Part shown: positions 26,563 to 34,890 of the stretch, piece by piece
How positions within the stretch are numbered: position 1 is the stretch's first letter
Layout of the letters: each line of letters opens with the position of its first letter
Origin: an uncultured bacterium
Lineage (GTDB): Bacteria; Muiribacteriota; Ozemobacteria; Ozemobacterales; Ozemobacteraceae
Direction: 5' to 3'
Assembly: GCA_964585025.1 (NCBI GenBank)
Contig: CAZPCO010000001.1
Location: 1-38,925 of the forward strand
Length of the DNA: 38,925 nucleotides
Program-made: the position numbers and the translations under genes
Notes under the pieces: generated by a model
Told to the model about the DNA's origin: nothing
The model's database searches: none
What the model saw: the letters and a program-made list of their open reading frames with translations, nothing else

Positions 26563-26694
26563 ATGGGGTTTGGCGACCGGTATGAGATCTGCGAACCATT
26601 GGAGCATTGCATTGCGGGCAAAGCATATCTGGCCTCCTGTTTTTCTGATTATATTTTTACCTGTCCTGATAAATATATCGGCATAAATTTATGA
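26563..26694 (+). CDS. 43-aa Cys-containing small ORF translationally coupled to the downstream sensor gene
   Basis: Sequence MGFGDRYEICEPLEHCIAGKAYLASCFSDYIFTCPDKYIGINL. TAAGGGTGA lies 3 nt before ATG 26563. Its TGA (26692-26694) overlaps ATG 26691 of the next gene as ATGA, and that gene has no SD of its own. It is below the ORF-track cut-off. Confidence 0.4.
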   Translation: MGFGDRYEICEPLEHCIAGKAYLASCFSDYIFTCPDKYIGINL

Positions 26695-28055
26695 AAACTT
26701 TAGGGCTTTTCAATTTCCCGAAGAAAGATTACCGCTCCGGCAAAATTTCGCTGAAAATTGCCGGCGGCATCGTTGCCGGTCTGGTCATGTTACTGCTGGG
26801 GTTCTGGTTGTATGGCTTCCCGCAGCGGCAGGCATATGCGATGGCGGAAGCAAGGTCGCAATCGGTTATTGAACTAGGTGCTGCTGCCGCAGTAAAACCC
26901 GTTCTCAACGTAAGAAATTCGCTGACTCTACTGTCTAAGTTACCGGTTTTGCGCGATATCAGAGCCGAAGGCTTTTTGACCCCCGTTATTGTGAGTTCCT
27001 GCAAGGACATGAGTCTGCTCATCGATTCTTTTGAGCTGCCGGTTGCCGATTTGTGGAACACGTTTTCCGGGGTGCAGCACAGTATCGCTTACTGGAAAGA
27101 AATCCCCGATGCCATGATCAGGCGTTTTTTCAGGATTGCCTGCTTTCAATTGAGTTCCTCAGAAGATGCTGGTGATGTTTTTTTTGCTGAAGTAAAATCG
27201 GCTTCTGAAGAAGACCAGCTTCGCATACTTGAGGTAACCCAGCTGGTACCGGGCACTCTGCAGCTTTTTTCCGACATCGTCGAGCATGTTTGTCTGCCGA
27301 TGCGGCTCATGGCAAATGCGGTCGATAAATTACCCGGGTTCTGCTCCGGGCGGCAGCATCTGTCGCAACCTGTTGAAAACCTTTTTGCTCTGATGCTTGA
27401 TGAAGGTCAGATTCGGACTCTGGTGCTTAAAAACCTCGACGGTGATGTTCTGGCTGCGGTTGGTGATGTTGACCTTATTGTGGGTGATTCTGACAATCGT
27501 GACTGCCGTGCCATCAGCAATGGCACGCCGTTCTTCTGCGGCCCGGTGTTTTATGATCAGCAAAGACATCGACCGGTATGGTGGGTCGCTGTTCCAGTGC
27601 GCAATGATTTGAGAGAGCCAGTTGCCTGTCTGACTGCCATGGTTGATATTTCGTATCTCAGTCAGCTTGCCGATATCATGACTTCTGGCCCGGATCGCCT
27701 GATTTTTGTGGAGCGCAGTGGCGTGGCTATCGGGCATCATGATGATCAGTTGGTCGCTCAGCAGGTGAATCTCGGTATGTCATTGCTCCCGGTTTCTCAG
27801 ATCGAAGAAAAACCGGTTTTGACGGTGATTCGCCGCAATTACCGAACTCTTCTACAGACGGCGGCATCGATAAAAGCCTCGGGGCATCGGCATTTGCCCG
27901 ACTGGTTCGTGTACAGCCAGGTCGACCTGACTTCTATTACTGAGTCGGAAAGCTTTATTATTCTTGTCTGCGCGATTCTTCTTGCTGCTATCGGCATCTA
28001 TGTTTTATCCTGTTGCGTTGTTAATGTATTGAATTCACCTCACGAGGAAATCTGA
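26691..28055 (+). CDS. Membrane protein: TM, an approximately 380-aa extracytoplasmic (Cache-like by architecture) domain, TM, and no output domain
   Basis: TM1 is IAGGIVAGLVMLLLGFWLYGF and TM2 is FIILVCAILLAAIGIYVLSCCVV. Only 10 residues follow TM2. The Cache assignment is inferred from architecture only. Confidence 0.7.
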   Translation: MKTLGLFNFPKKDYRSGKISLKIAGGIVAGLVMLLLGFWLYGFPQRQAYAMAEARSQSVIELGAAAAVKPVLNVRNSLTLLSKLPVLRDIRAEGFLTPVIVSSCKDMSLLIDSFELPVADLWNTFSGVQHSIAYWKEIPDAMIRRFFRIACFQLSSSEDAGDVFFAEVKSASEEDQLRILEVTQLVPGTLQLFSDIVEHVCLPMRLMANAVDKLPGFCSGRQHLSQPVENLFALMLDEGQIRTLVLKNLDGDVLAAVGDVDLIVGDSDNRDCRAISNGTPFFCGPVFYDQQRHRPVWWVAVPVRNDLREPVACLTAMVDISYLSQLADIMTSGPDRLIFVERSGVAIGHHDDQLVAQQVNLGMSLLPVSQIEEKPVLTVIRRNYRTLLQTAASIKASGHRHLPDWFVYSQVDLTSITESESFIILVCAILLAAIGIYVLSCCVVNVLNSPHEEI

Positions 28056-28056
28056 A

Positions 28057-29820
28057 ATGACGGATCTGCGTCGGCTGTTTATGGCACTGACTGTGACCTG
28101 CAGCATCAGTATGGTTCCAGGGCAGGCTCTTGCAACGAGGAAGGCGACGGATTTGATGTCTGAAGCCCTCAAACAGAGAGCTGCCGGTAACATCAGCGAA
28201 GCGATAAGCGGTTTCGAATATGCTTCAGAACAGGCTGATAACGATACCCAGAAGAATCTGGCGCGTTTCATGCTCGGCGACTGCCAGCTCGAAGCCGGGA
28301 AATATGCCGATGCGGCAGACACTTTCACTGTCTTGAGCGAAACGGTTAAAACATCTGAAGAGAAAGCCGAAGCTCTTTTTCGCCTTATGCAGGCACAAAC
28401 AGGTCTGGGTAATCGCAGTCGTGCCAGGTCGCTTTATTCACAGCTGCAACGTCAGCATTCCGGAAGCCCATATTTTGAACTGGCAAAATCCTTTATGACG
28501 ACTGAAGGCATAAAAGATGCCATTGAAGAAGACCAGGAGCCGGCAAAACCTTCGACTGCAGCTGCTGTCGTGCCAGTCCCCACGAAAAGGGCGGCCAGAC
28601 CGGTTGCAGATGATAAACCTGTTGCTGAAGTAAAACCTGTTACTGCCGTTAAGCCGGTAACTGCTCCTGCCAGACCAGTTTCGGAACCTGCTCCTGAGCC
28701 GGTTGTTGCTGATGCGACCGATGCTCTGCCTGATGAATATGCTGAAGCTGCCCCTGAAAACACCGATGAAACCGCCACTGAGCCTGTGGCTGAACCTGCC
28801 AGACCGGCAAAGATGATCGAAGAAAAACCGGTCGCAAAAACAGTTGAGCCGGCTAAGGTTGCCAGGACTGTCAGCCCGGGCAAAGACCTTACCAGACCAT
28901 CGGGGAATACAGGAAAACAGAAAAAGGTTGCGGCTGAGACTACAGCTGTATTAAGGGAAGTGTTGCAGGTTGAAACCGTTTCAGGAGCAGCCAAAGACGA
29001 ACTGGTAGGCAGAATTCTCAGCCTCCAGGATTCATTGAAAGATGGTCCGGAAAAAGCTGGCATGGATCAGGTTCTTCTTGATCTTGCCGAAGCGACTGCC
29101 CGCTTTGGCGAACTGCTCGAAGCCTGCAAAACCTACGACAAAATATTGACGCACCACCCGGCTTCACCTCTTGTTGAAAAGGCCTATTTTGAGGCTATCA
29201 GGCTGCGGGCTGTGCTTGGCGTGCACGAAGCGGTAATTGGCTGGTCGAAAGCTTTTCTTGCGGCTTTTCCTGCTTCCGAATACCGCAGCAGGGTACGAGC
29301 GCTGGTTGAATATGCTCAGGCCGGTGGCAATGTCGATCTAACTGATGGCGGCAAGGTTGAGATCACCCGAGAACAAAAACATCAGCCGGCGTCGGTTTCC
29401 GGCGATACCGGTTCAGCGAACGCTGCTCTTGCAGCTGATTCGCAGTATGCGGTTGCCTCCAAGAAAATGAAAGACGGAAAATACAATCTGGCTCTGGTTG
29501 ATTTCAACCGTCTGGCAAAGAAGTATCCCGGTGCTCCCCAGATATGGTGGGATACTGCTCTGGTTCATGTTCAGCTCGAAGATTTCAAAAAGGCGGCTCT
29601 GGCAATCAACAAGATGCTCGAGCTCGATCCGGGCAATGAGGATGCAAATTCATTATCAGGGTATATCCACTATCGGCTCGAGAACTTTGAAGAAGCCGCC
29701 AGTGCTTATAATCAGGCCGGAGAACCCGAGGGTCGAGGAGTAAATTTTTTCGATGCCAAAAATGCTTCTGAACGCATGAAAAAGTCGGCCGGCAAAAACA
29801 GTAAACAGAAGGAGAATTAA
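28057..29820 (+). CDS. Secreted TPR-repeat protein with a long Pro/Ala/Glu-rich linker
   Basis: GAGGAA lies 8 nt before the ATG, which is 1 nt after the upstream stop. The signal peptide is MTDLRRLFMALTVTCSISMVPGQALA. The linker contains KPVAEVKPVTAVKPVTAPARPVSEPAPEPV, and C-terminal TPRs are present (WWDTALVHVQLEDFKKAALAINKMLELDPGNEDANSLSGYIHYRLENFEEAASAYNQA). Confidence 0.85.
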   Translation: MTDLRRLFMALTVTCSISMVPGQALATRKATDLMSEALKQRAAGNISEAISGFEYASEQADNDTQKNLARFMLGDCQLEAGKYADAADTFTVLSETVKTSEEKAEALFRLMQAQTGLGNRSRARSLYSQLQRQHSGSPYFELAKSFMTTEGIKDAIEEDQEPAKPSTAAAVVPVPTKRAARPVADDKPVAEVKPVTAVKPVTAPARPVSEPAPEPVVADATDALPDEYAEAAPENTDETATEPVAEPARPAKMIEEKPVAKTVEPAKVARTVSPGKDLTRPSGNTGKQKKVAAETTAVLREVLQVETVSGAAKDELVGRILSLQDSLKDGPEKAGMDQVLLDLAEATARFGELLEACKTYDKILTHHPASPLVEKAYFEAIRLRAVLGVHEAVIGWSKAFLAAFPASEYRSRVRALVEYAQAGGNVDLTDGGKVEITREQKHQPASVSGDTGSANAALAADSQYAVASKKMKDGKYNLALVDFNRLAKKYPGAPQIWWDTALVHVQLEDFKKAALAINKMLELDPGNEDANSLSGYIHYRLENFEEAASAYNQAGEPEGRGVNFFDAKNASERMKKSAGKNSKQKEN

Positions 29821-29822
29821 CG

Positions 29823-30905
29823 ATGAACAGCGATAACATTCAGGTGATACAGTCATATATAAAGGAAGGCGATGCCAGAAAAGGCGTTGCCGAATGGGGT
29901 GCGGCAAAAATCGGTTATCTCAAAGCTCTTGAAGAATACAACAGTGTTCGTGAAATCGATCCGCATGCTCCGTTGACACCTGAACAGGCTGACCTCGAAC
30001 GCATCATCAAAAACCGCATTGCCGAAGTCGATGAACATCTGGCCTCGGTTCATCGCGAGAAGGGCGCGACTGCTCTTGCCAACAAAGCCTGGCAGGTTGC
30101 CATCGAAGAGCTTGAAGAAGCGACTGCCCTTTCCAAAGACGACAACGTTCAGTTTCTCGAAGAAGTTAAAGCGCTGCTCGATAAAGCCAGGGCAAAAAAT
30201 CGCGACCATCTGTTGCATCTCGAAATTACCCCCTTCGTCGACCGTGGCGATGATTTCAGACGCTCAGGCAACTATGGCGAAGCCATTCTCGAATTCCAGG
30301 CGGCTCTTAAACTGGTAACCGGATTGCCCGATACTCACCGGTTTGTCAGCTATATCAAAAATGCACTTACTGATTGCCGGCGCTGCATCATCAGACCTTA
30401 TCTTTCTCGAATCCACAAAGCCTGTCACGCCGGAAAGTATTCTCATGCTGCCACCATGCTGAAAAGAGCTCAGTTATTGCTTGACACGCGTGACAACGTT
30501 TACCACGCCTTCCTTGAACAATTGAAAGAAAAGATTCATCAGAACCTGAAAGAAGACGAATTTGTCGAAACCGAAGAATTTGAAGCCCCCGAAGTCTGGG
30601 AACAGGCCGTGAAAGATTATGAGGAAGCCCTCGATCTCTATTCTTCTTTCAGTGTTACTGATCCATTCGCACCTGCTTATACCGGGGTGAACGTGTTTGA
30701 AGATCGCTTTATTGAATCACGCCGCAAACTTGGCAAGCTGTATAAGGCAAGAGCCGATCGCCTTCGCGATCAGGCTAAGGTTGAAAAGGCTATCCGCAAC
30801 TACAAGGAAGCGATCAAACTGCTGCCGCGCGCTGACAAAATGTTCCACGAGGCTTTCCGCGAGCTGAAAAAATTGCGTGCTCAGGTGGCCGTTCCAAATA
30901 ATTGA
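29823..30905 (+). CDS. Cytoplasmic all-helical TPR-like protein
   Basis: AAGGAG lies 9 nt before the ATG, which is 2 nt after the upstream stop. There is no signal peptide. TPR-like pairs include GDDFRRSGNYGEAILEFQAALKL and ADRLRDQAKVEKAIRNYKEAIKLLP. Confidence 0.75.
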   Translation: MNSDNIQVIQSYIKEGDARKGVAEWGAAKIGYLKALEEYNSVREIDPHAPLTPEQADLERIIKNRIAEVDEHLASVHREKGATALANKAWQVAIEELEEATALSKDDNVQFLEEVKALLDKARAKNRDHLLHLEITPFVDRGDDFRRSGNYGEAILEFQAALKLVTGLPDTHRFVSYIKNALTDCRRCIIRPYLSRIHKACHAGKYSHAATMLKRAQLLLDTRDNVYHAFLEQLKEKIHQNLKEDEFVETEEFEAPEVWEQAVKDYEEALDLYSSFSVTDPFAPAYTGVNVFEDRFIESRRKLGKLYKARADRLRDQAKVEKAIRNYKEAIKLLPRADKMFHEAFRELKKLRAQVAVPNN

Positions 30906-33229
30906 TGAGCTCCAGCCAGCAGCCCGCCGATATTCTTAACTCAAGCGAGATTATCAGGCTGACCTCTGAAAAGCCGGTCGGCATGATCCCGTTGTGGGAG
31001 TTCTTTCTTGCCTTCATTTTTGCCCTGACAATCTCGCTGGTGTTTTATTTCGGTCTGTTTGACAAAATCGAGAATACCACTCTTGATTTTCGTTTCAAAT
31101 ATCGGGGTAAGCTTGAGTTGTCGCCCAATCAGGATATCGTTCTGGTTGGGATAACCGAAGATTGTCTCGATGAACTTGGATCATGGCCATGGCCCAGAAA
31201 AATGCACGGCCGGCTGCTTTCTATCCTCAAAGATGCGGGAGCCAAGGTTGCGGCTTTCGATATCATGTTCAATGATCCGCCGAAAGTCGCCGACGACGAC
31301 AGCGAATTTGCAGCGCAGATAAAAAAATTCGGTCGAGTGGTGCTGCCGCGAGTTATCAGGCGTGAACAGATTCTTGACAACGAGACTTTCGAAATGGTCG
31401 AAAAAGATATTATTGACCGACCAACGCCTGAATTGCAGGGGGCTCACCCCCATGAAGGCTTTATCGATCTCGATCATAAGATTCTCAATCCCGATGGCGT
31501 GATTCGCAAACTGTCGTTACATAAGAATGTTCAGGGTCAGACCAGTTATATGTTCGGTCTGGCAGCTGCAGCTGCCTATCTTGGAGTCACACCGGTGGTT
31601 GAAAGCTCCGGGGTGCGTCTTGGTGATCGCCTGCTGCCCTATTTCGACTGTTATGAGCCGGAAGCAGGTCATAGAGTGAAGTCGTATCTGGTAAACTATG
31701 CCGGCGGCTACCGTCATTTCAATGAGATCAGCTATGCTGAGGTTGTCAACGGCCGTTTTTCACCCGGTTTCTTTCGCAACCGGCTGGTGTTGATAGGTAC
31801 CAGGGCCATGGGAACATCTGAAGATCTCAAATTCTGCCCTTACGGTGCTCTCGATGGTGTAGAAATCCATGCCAATCTTCTGCATAACATTCTGAATCGG
31901 CGGTTTTTACACCGCTCGTCAGTTGAAACAACAATCGTTCTTATCTTCGTTTTTGCCTTCGGAGCCGCCTATCTTCTCTGGAAAAACCGTGGCATGTCGG
32001 CAAATCTGGCCTGCCTTGGTGTGCCTCTGGCCTGGCTGACCGCCGGCATCGTTTTTTTCATGTATTACGACATCATTCTCGAAATCGTGCCGGTGGTTGT
32101 CATGCTGCCGGTTCAGTGGGCGATCACCAGGCTTATTCAGCAATTCGAGTCGCTGCGTGAGAAAAATTATGAACTGGCGCGCAAGGTAAGAGAACTGGCA
32201 ATTTTGAACGAGGTCAGCAAAGCGGTTATTTTTATGGGTGATCTCGGTAAGACTCTCGATGCGATACTCAGCCGCGGCGTTCAGGTTCTCAACGCCCAGA
32301 GAGGCTCATTGTTTCTTCTCGACGATAAATATGAAGAGCTGGTCGAAAGATCGGTTATCTATGGCGTCGATGGCGAAGCACAAATCGATCCGGCTTTGAA
32401 ACTGCAGTTTAAAAGCGGTGTCGGCATTGCCGGTGAAGTTTTCAATACCGGGAAGCCCCGCTTGATCCAGAATGTTAAAAAAGACAAGAGTTTTGCGTTT
32501 CGTGATGCCGAACGTGATGCCATTCGCACCATGATCTGTGTTCCTCTGATGATCAAAGATGCTGCTATCGGAGTCATGAACGTGGTCAATCGCCGTGAAG
32601 GTCGTTTCAACGATGAAGATCTGCAGACTGCACTGACTATGGCCAATCAGGCTGCGGTTGTCATTGAAAAGGCCAGACTCTACAACCTGGCGACTATAGA
32701 CGGGTTGACCGGTCTGGTCGTCCGCAGGCATTTTCAGGCAAAAATCGAAGAAGAATACCGGCGTGCGAAGCGTTACAGCAAGCCTCTTTCATATCTGATG
32801 ACCGATATCGATCATTTCAAAAAATTCAATGATACTTACGGGCATCAGACCGGTGACATGGTACTGCGCGAGGTTGCAAAAATTGTCCGCGATTCGGTTC
32901 GTGATACCGATATTGCGGCAAGATACGGTGGCGAAGAATTCGCGGTAATTCTGCCGGAAACAGAACCCGAAGGTGCAATGCTGTTTGCCGAACGTTTGCG
33001 CCAGCGTGTCGAGGCTGCTGCCTTTACAGGGCCCAATGACGGGGTACTCAAGGTGACTATCAGCGTCGGTGTCTGCTCAATGCCAGTTAACCAGCCTGAA
33101 AACGCAACCGAAATGATCAGAATGGCTGATGAAGCTTTGTATGTCTGCAAGCGTAATGGTCGCAACCGGGTTGAGCGTGCCGAAAACCAGCCGGCGGCCA
33201 GCGAAACTGAACCAGTTAAAGCTTCCTGA
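30905..33229 (+). CDS. CHASE2-TM-GAF-GGDEF diguanylate cyclase
   Basis: ATG 30905 overlaps the upstream TGA (TGATG); the ORF track lists TTG 30902. The CHASE2 signature is DIVLVGITEDCLDELGSWPWPRKMHGRLLSILKDAGAKVAAFDIMFNDP, and three TMs follow. The GAF region contains GSLFLLDD...GIAGEVFNTGKP...ICVPLMIKDAAIGVMNVVNR. The GGDEF core RYGGEEF sits at 32927-32941, with an RDTD I-site five residues upstream. Confidence 0.92.
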   Translation: MSSSQQPADILNSSEIIRLTSEKPVGMIPLWEFFLAFIFALTISLVFYFGLFDKIENTTLDFRFKYRGKLELSPNQDIVLVGITEDCLDELGSWPWPRKMHGRLLSILKDAGAKVAAFDIMFNDPPKVADDDSEFAAQIKKFGRVVLPRVIRREQILDNETFEMVEKDIIDRPTPELQGAHPHEGFIDLDHKILNPDGVIRKLSLHKNVQGQTSYMFGLAAAAAYLGVTPVVESSGVRLGDRLLPYFDCYEPEAGHRVKSYLVNYAGGYRHFNEISYAEVVNGRFSPGFFRNRLVLIGTRAMGTSEDLKFCPYGALDGVEIHANLLHNILNRRFLHRSSVETTIVLIFVFAFGAAYLLWKNRGMSANLACLGVPLAWLTAGIVFFMYYDIILEIVPVVVMLPVQWAITRLIQQFESLREKNYELARKVRELAILNEVSKAVIFMGDLGKTLDAILSRGVQVLNAQRGSLFLLDDKYEELVERSVIYGVDGEAQIDPALKLQFKSGVGIAGEVFNTGKPRLIQNVKKDKSFAFRDAERDAIRTMICVPLMIKDAAIGVMNVVNRREGRFNDEDLQTALTMANQAAVVIEKARLYNLATIDGLTGLVVRRHFQAKIEEEYRRAKRYSKPLSYLMTDIDHFKKFNDTYGHQTGDMVLREVAKIVRDSVRDTDIAARYGGEEFAVILPETEPEGAMLFAERLRQRVEAAAFTGPNDGVLKVTISVGVCSMPVNQPENATEMIRMADEALYVCKRNGRNRVERAENQPAASETEPVKAS

Positions 33230-33251
33230 ACGATACAGGTTCAGGGTTTTT
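33225..33251 (+). terminator. Terminator hairpin spanning the two convergent stop codons
   Basis: CCTGAAC (33225-33231), a 7-nt loop, GTTCAGG (33239-33245), then GTTTTT. It includes the TGA of the cyclase gene and the TCA (TGA on the minus strand) of the bEBP gene. Confidence 0.6.
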
Positions 33252-34653
33252 CCAGATCCTGGCGTTCAAGTTTCAGATTTTTCAAGGCACGGTAAAAGGT
33301 TGCCTTGTGAATGCCAAGGAATTCAGCAGCCCGGGTGATGTTTCCTCCGGCACGATTGTATGCTGAACGCAGGTCTTCTTCACTCAAGCGTCGATCAAGA
33401 TTGTTTGACAACCCGGGATTCTCATCTGACATGCCAAGGGCGATAGGCTGACGGTCAGGAGTGATTGCTACATCCGTGTAAGAAACGTTTCCTGAATACC
33501 GGGCAGCATTCATGCGTTCTTCATACCACTCCTTGAGAGCTCTCAGGCCGATCACCTCGGTCTGGTTCTCGGCAAAAAGCCTTTCCATAAGGTTGCGGAG
33601 TTCTCTGACATTTCCGGGCCACTGATATTGCTTAAGAAGTTGTAATGCTTCACGCGTCAGACAGACTACAGTCCGGTTGTATTTGCCGTTGAAAAGCCTT
33701 ATAAAATGCTGAATGAGAAGTTCAATGTCGTCAGATCTCTTTCTTAGCGGCGGAATACGTATCTGCAGAGCATTGATGCGAAAAAACAGATCCGGTCTGA
33801 AACTGTTTTCCTGACTGGCTTTTTCAAGATTGCGATTGGTGGCGGCGATTATTCTGACATTTACCTTGATTGGAGTTTCAGAACCGACACGTTCGATCTG
33901 GGAAGTCTCGAGAACCCTCAGCAGTTTTGCCTGTGAAAGAGGCGGCAGATCTCCTACTTCGTCGAGAAAAAGAGTGCCGCCGTTTGCGCGCTCGAACCTG
34001 CCCCGGTGTGATTTTATTGCCCCGGTGAAAGACCCCTTTTCGTGACCGAAAAGTTCGCTTTCAAAAAGGGTGTCGGTGATCGCTGAGCAGTTCATGGTAA
34101 CAAAAGGGCCCGCTGCCCTGCTGCTAAGCTGATGTACGGCTGCTGCAACTCCTTCTTTCCCGGCCCCGGTTTCTCCGGTAACCAGAACCGCAGCATCAGA
34201 GAGGGCATACATGCGAATTTTGTTGAATACCTGCTGCATGGGTTCAGAAATGCCGATCAGACCGCAGAAAGTGGCATTTTCCATCAATGCTGGAGGAGTT
34301 GCTGCGACTTCCTGAAGCAGGATACTGGTGATCTCTTCATTCTGTGGCCCTTGTCTGCTGATAGCGTCGAGCAGCAACTGGTGCGTCTGACCCTGTGAAT
34401 CACGTAGTGATACTCTAAATCCGCTCAGATGCGAAGAAACTCCGGCCCGATTTATCAGTTCACTGATGCCTGGCATTACCGGTTCGAGTACCTGATCTGC
34501 AGATTTCCCAACCAGATCGTCAGATCGGTTGCCAAGGTATGAAGCCAGCCAGTCGGGTATCTCGTGAATGATATTGTTGCCGCCATCTTTTCTGATCAGT
34601 AGATTACGGCTGGGTGGCAGCAGAAGAAGAGGTTGTCTTTCGGCGTTAATCAT
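33241..34653 (-). CDS. Sigma-54-dependent transcriptional activator (bEBP) with a PAS-like N-terminal domain, an AAA+ core and a Fis-type HTH
   Basis: Walker A is GETGAGKE. ESELFGHEKGSFTGA carries the GAFTGA-loop variant GSFTGA. Further motifs are GGTLFLDEVGDL, RVIAATNRNL, WPGNVRELRN and the C-terminal GNITRAAEFLGIHKATFYRALK. There is no receiver-domain signature in the first 125 aa or so. Confidence 0.93.
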   Translation of the reverse strand: MINAERQPLLLLPPSRNLLIRKDGGNNIIHEIPDWLASYLGNRSDDLVGKSADQVLEPVMPGISELINRAGVSSHLSGFRVSLRDSQGQTHQLLLDAISRQGPQNEEITSILLQEVAATPPALMENATFCGLIGISEPMQQVFNKIRMYALSDAAVLVTGETGAGKEGVAAAVHQLSSRAAGPFVTMNCSAITDTLFESELFGHEKGSFTGAIKSHRGRFERANGGTLFLDEVGDLPPLSQAKLLRVLETSQIERVGSETPIKVNVRIIAATNRNLEKASQENSFRPDLFFRINALQIRIPPLRKRSDDIELLIQHFIRLFNGKYNRTVVCLTREALQLLKQYQWPGNVRELRNLMERLFAENQTEVIGLRALKEWYEERMNAARYSGNVSYTDVAITPDRQPIALGMSDENPGLSNNLDRRLSEEDLRSAYNRAGGNITRAAEFLGIHKATFYRALKNLKLERQDLEKP

Positions 34654-34744
34654 ATTTTCAGAATCTTACAATTATTTGTAATGATTTTCAACCGCCGGAA
34701 AAGTGCATGCTGAGGCTGGCAAGATTCTGCCGCCACATATTTTC

Positions 34745-34766
34745 CGCTCATGAACCGGGATGAGCG
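34745..34766. promoter_or_regulatory. 7-bp inverted repeat in the bEBP/OMP divergent intergenic region
   Basis: CGCTCAT (34745-34751), N8, ATGAGCG (34760-34766). It is a possible regulator-binding site of unknown function. Confidence 0.25.
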
Positions 34767-34890
34767 CATATGAGGCCTGGTTATCGCTGTCGCCTGATGC
34801 TGGTTGGGATTCAGCCGAGAATTGCTGAAAAATGCATCAGGTATTTATGGCTTCTTGCCGATTATAGAACCGGATAACTCCATCTAACTA

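Noticed and set aside
28590-28700. Short tandem KPV(A/T)xV-encoding repeats, a possible repeat array
   Set aside because: They are imperfect, in-frame, low-complexity repeats inside a Pro/Ala-rich protein linker. There are no spacers or constant repeat units, so this is not a CRISPR or minisatellite locus.
28452-29063. 203-aa Gly/Ser/Ala/Thr-rich ORF antisense to the TPR protein linker
   Set aside because: It mirrors the Pro/Ala/Glu-rich linker of the sense gene, so it is a compositional artefact.
34717-34730. TGGCAAGATTCTGC as a possible -24/-12 element
   Set aside because: The GG-to-GC spacing is one nucleotide shorter than in functional sigma-54 promoters, and that spacing is essentially invariant.
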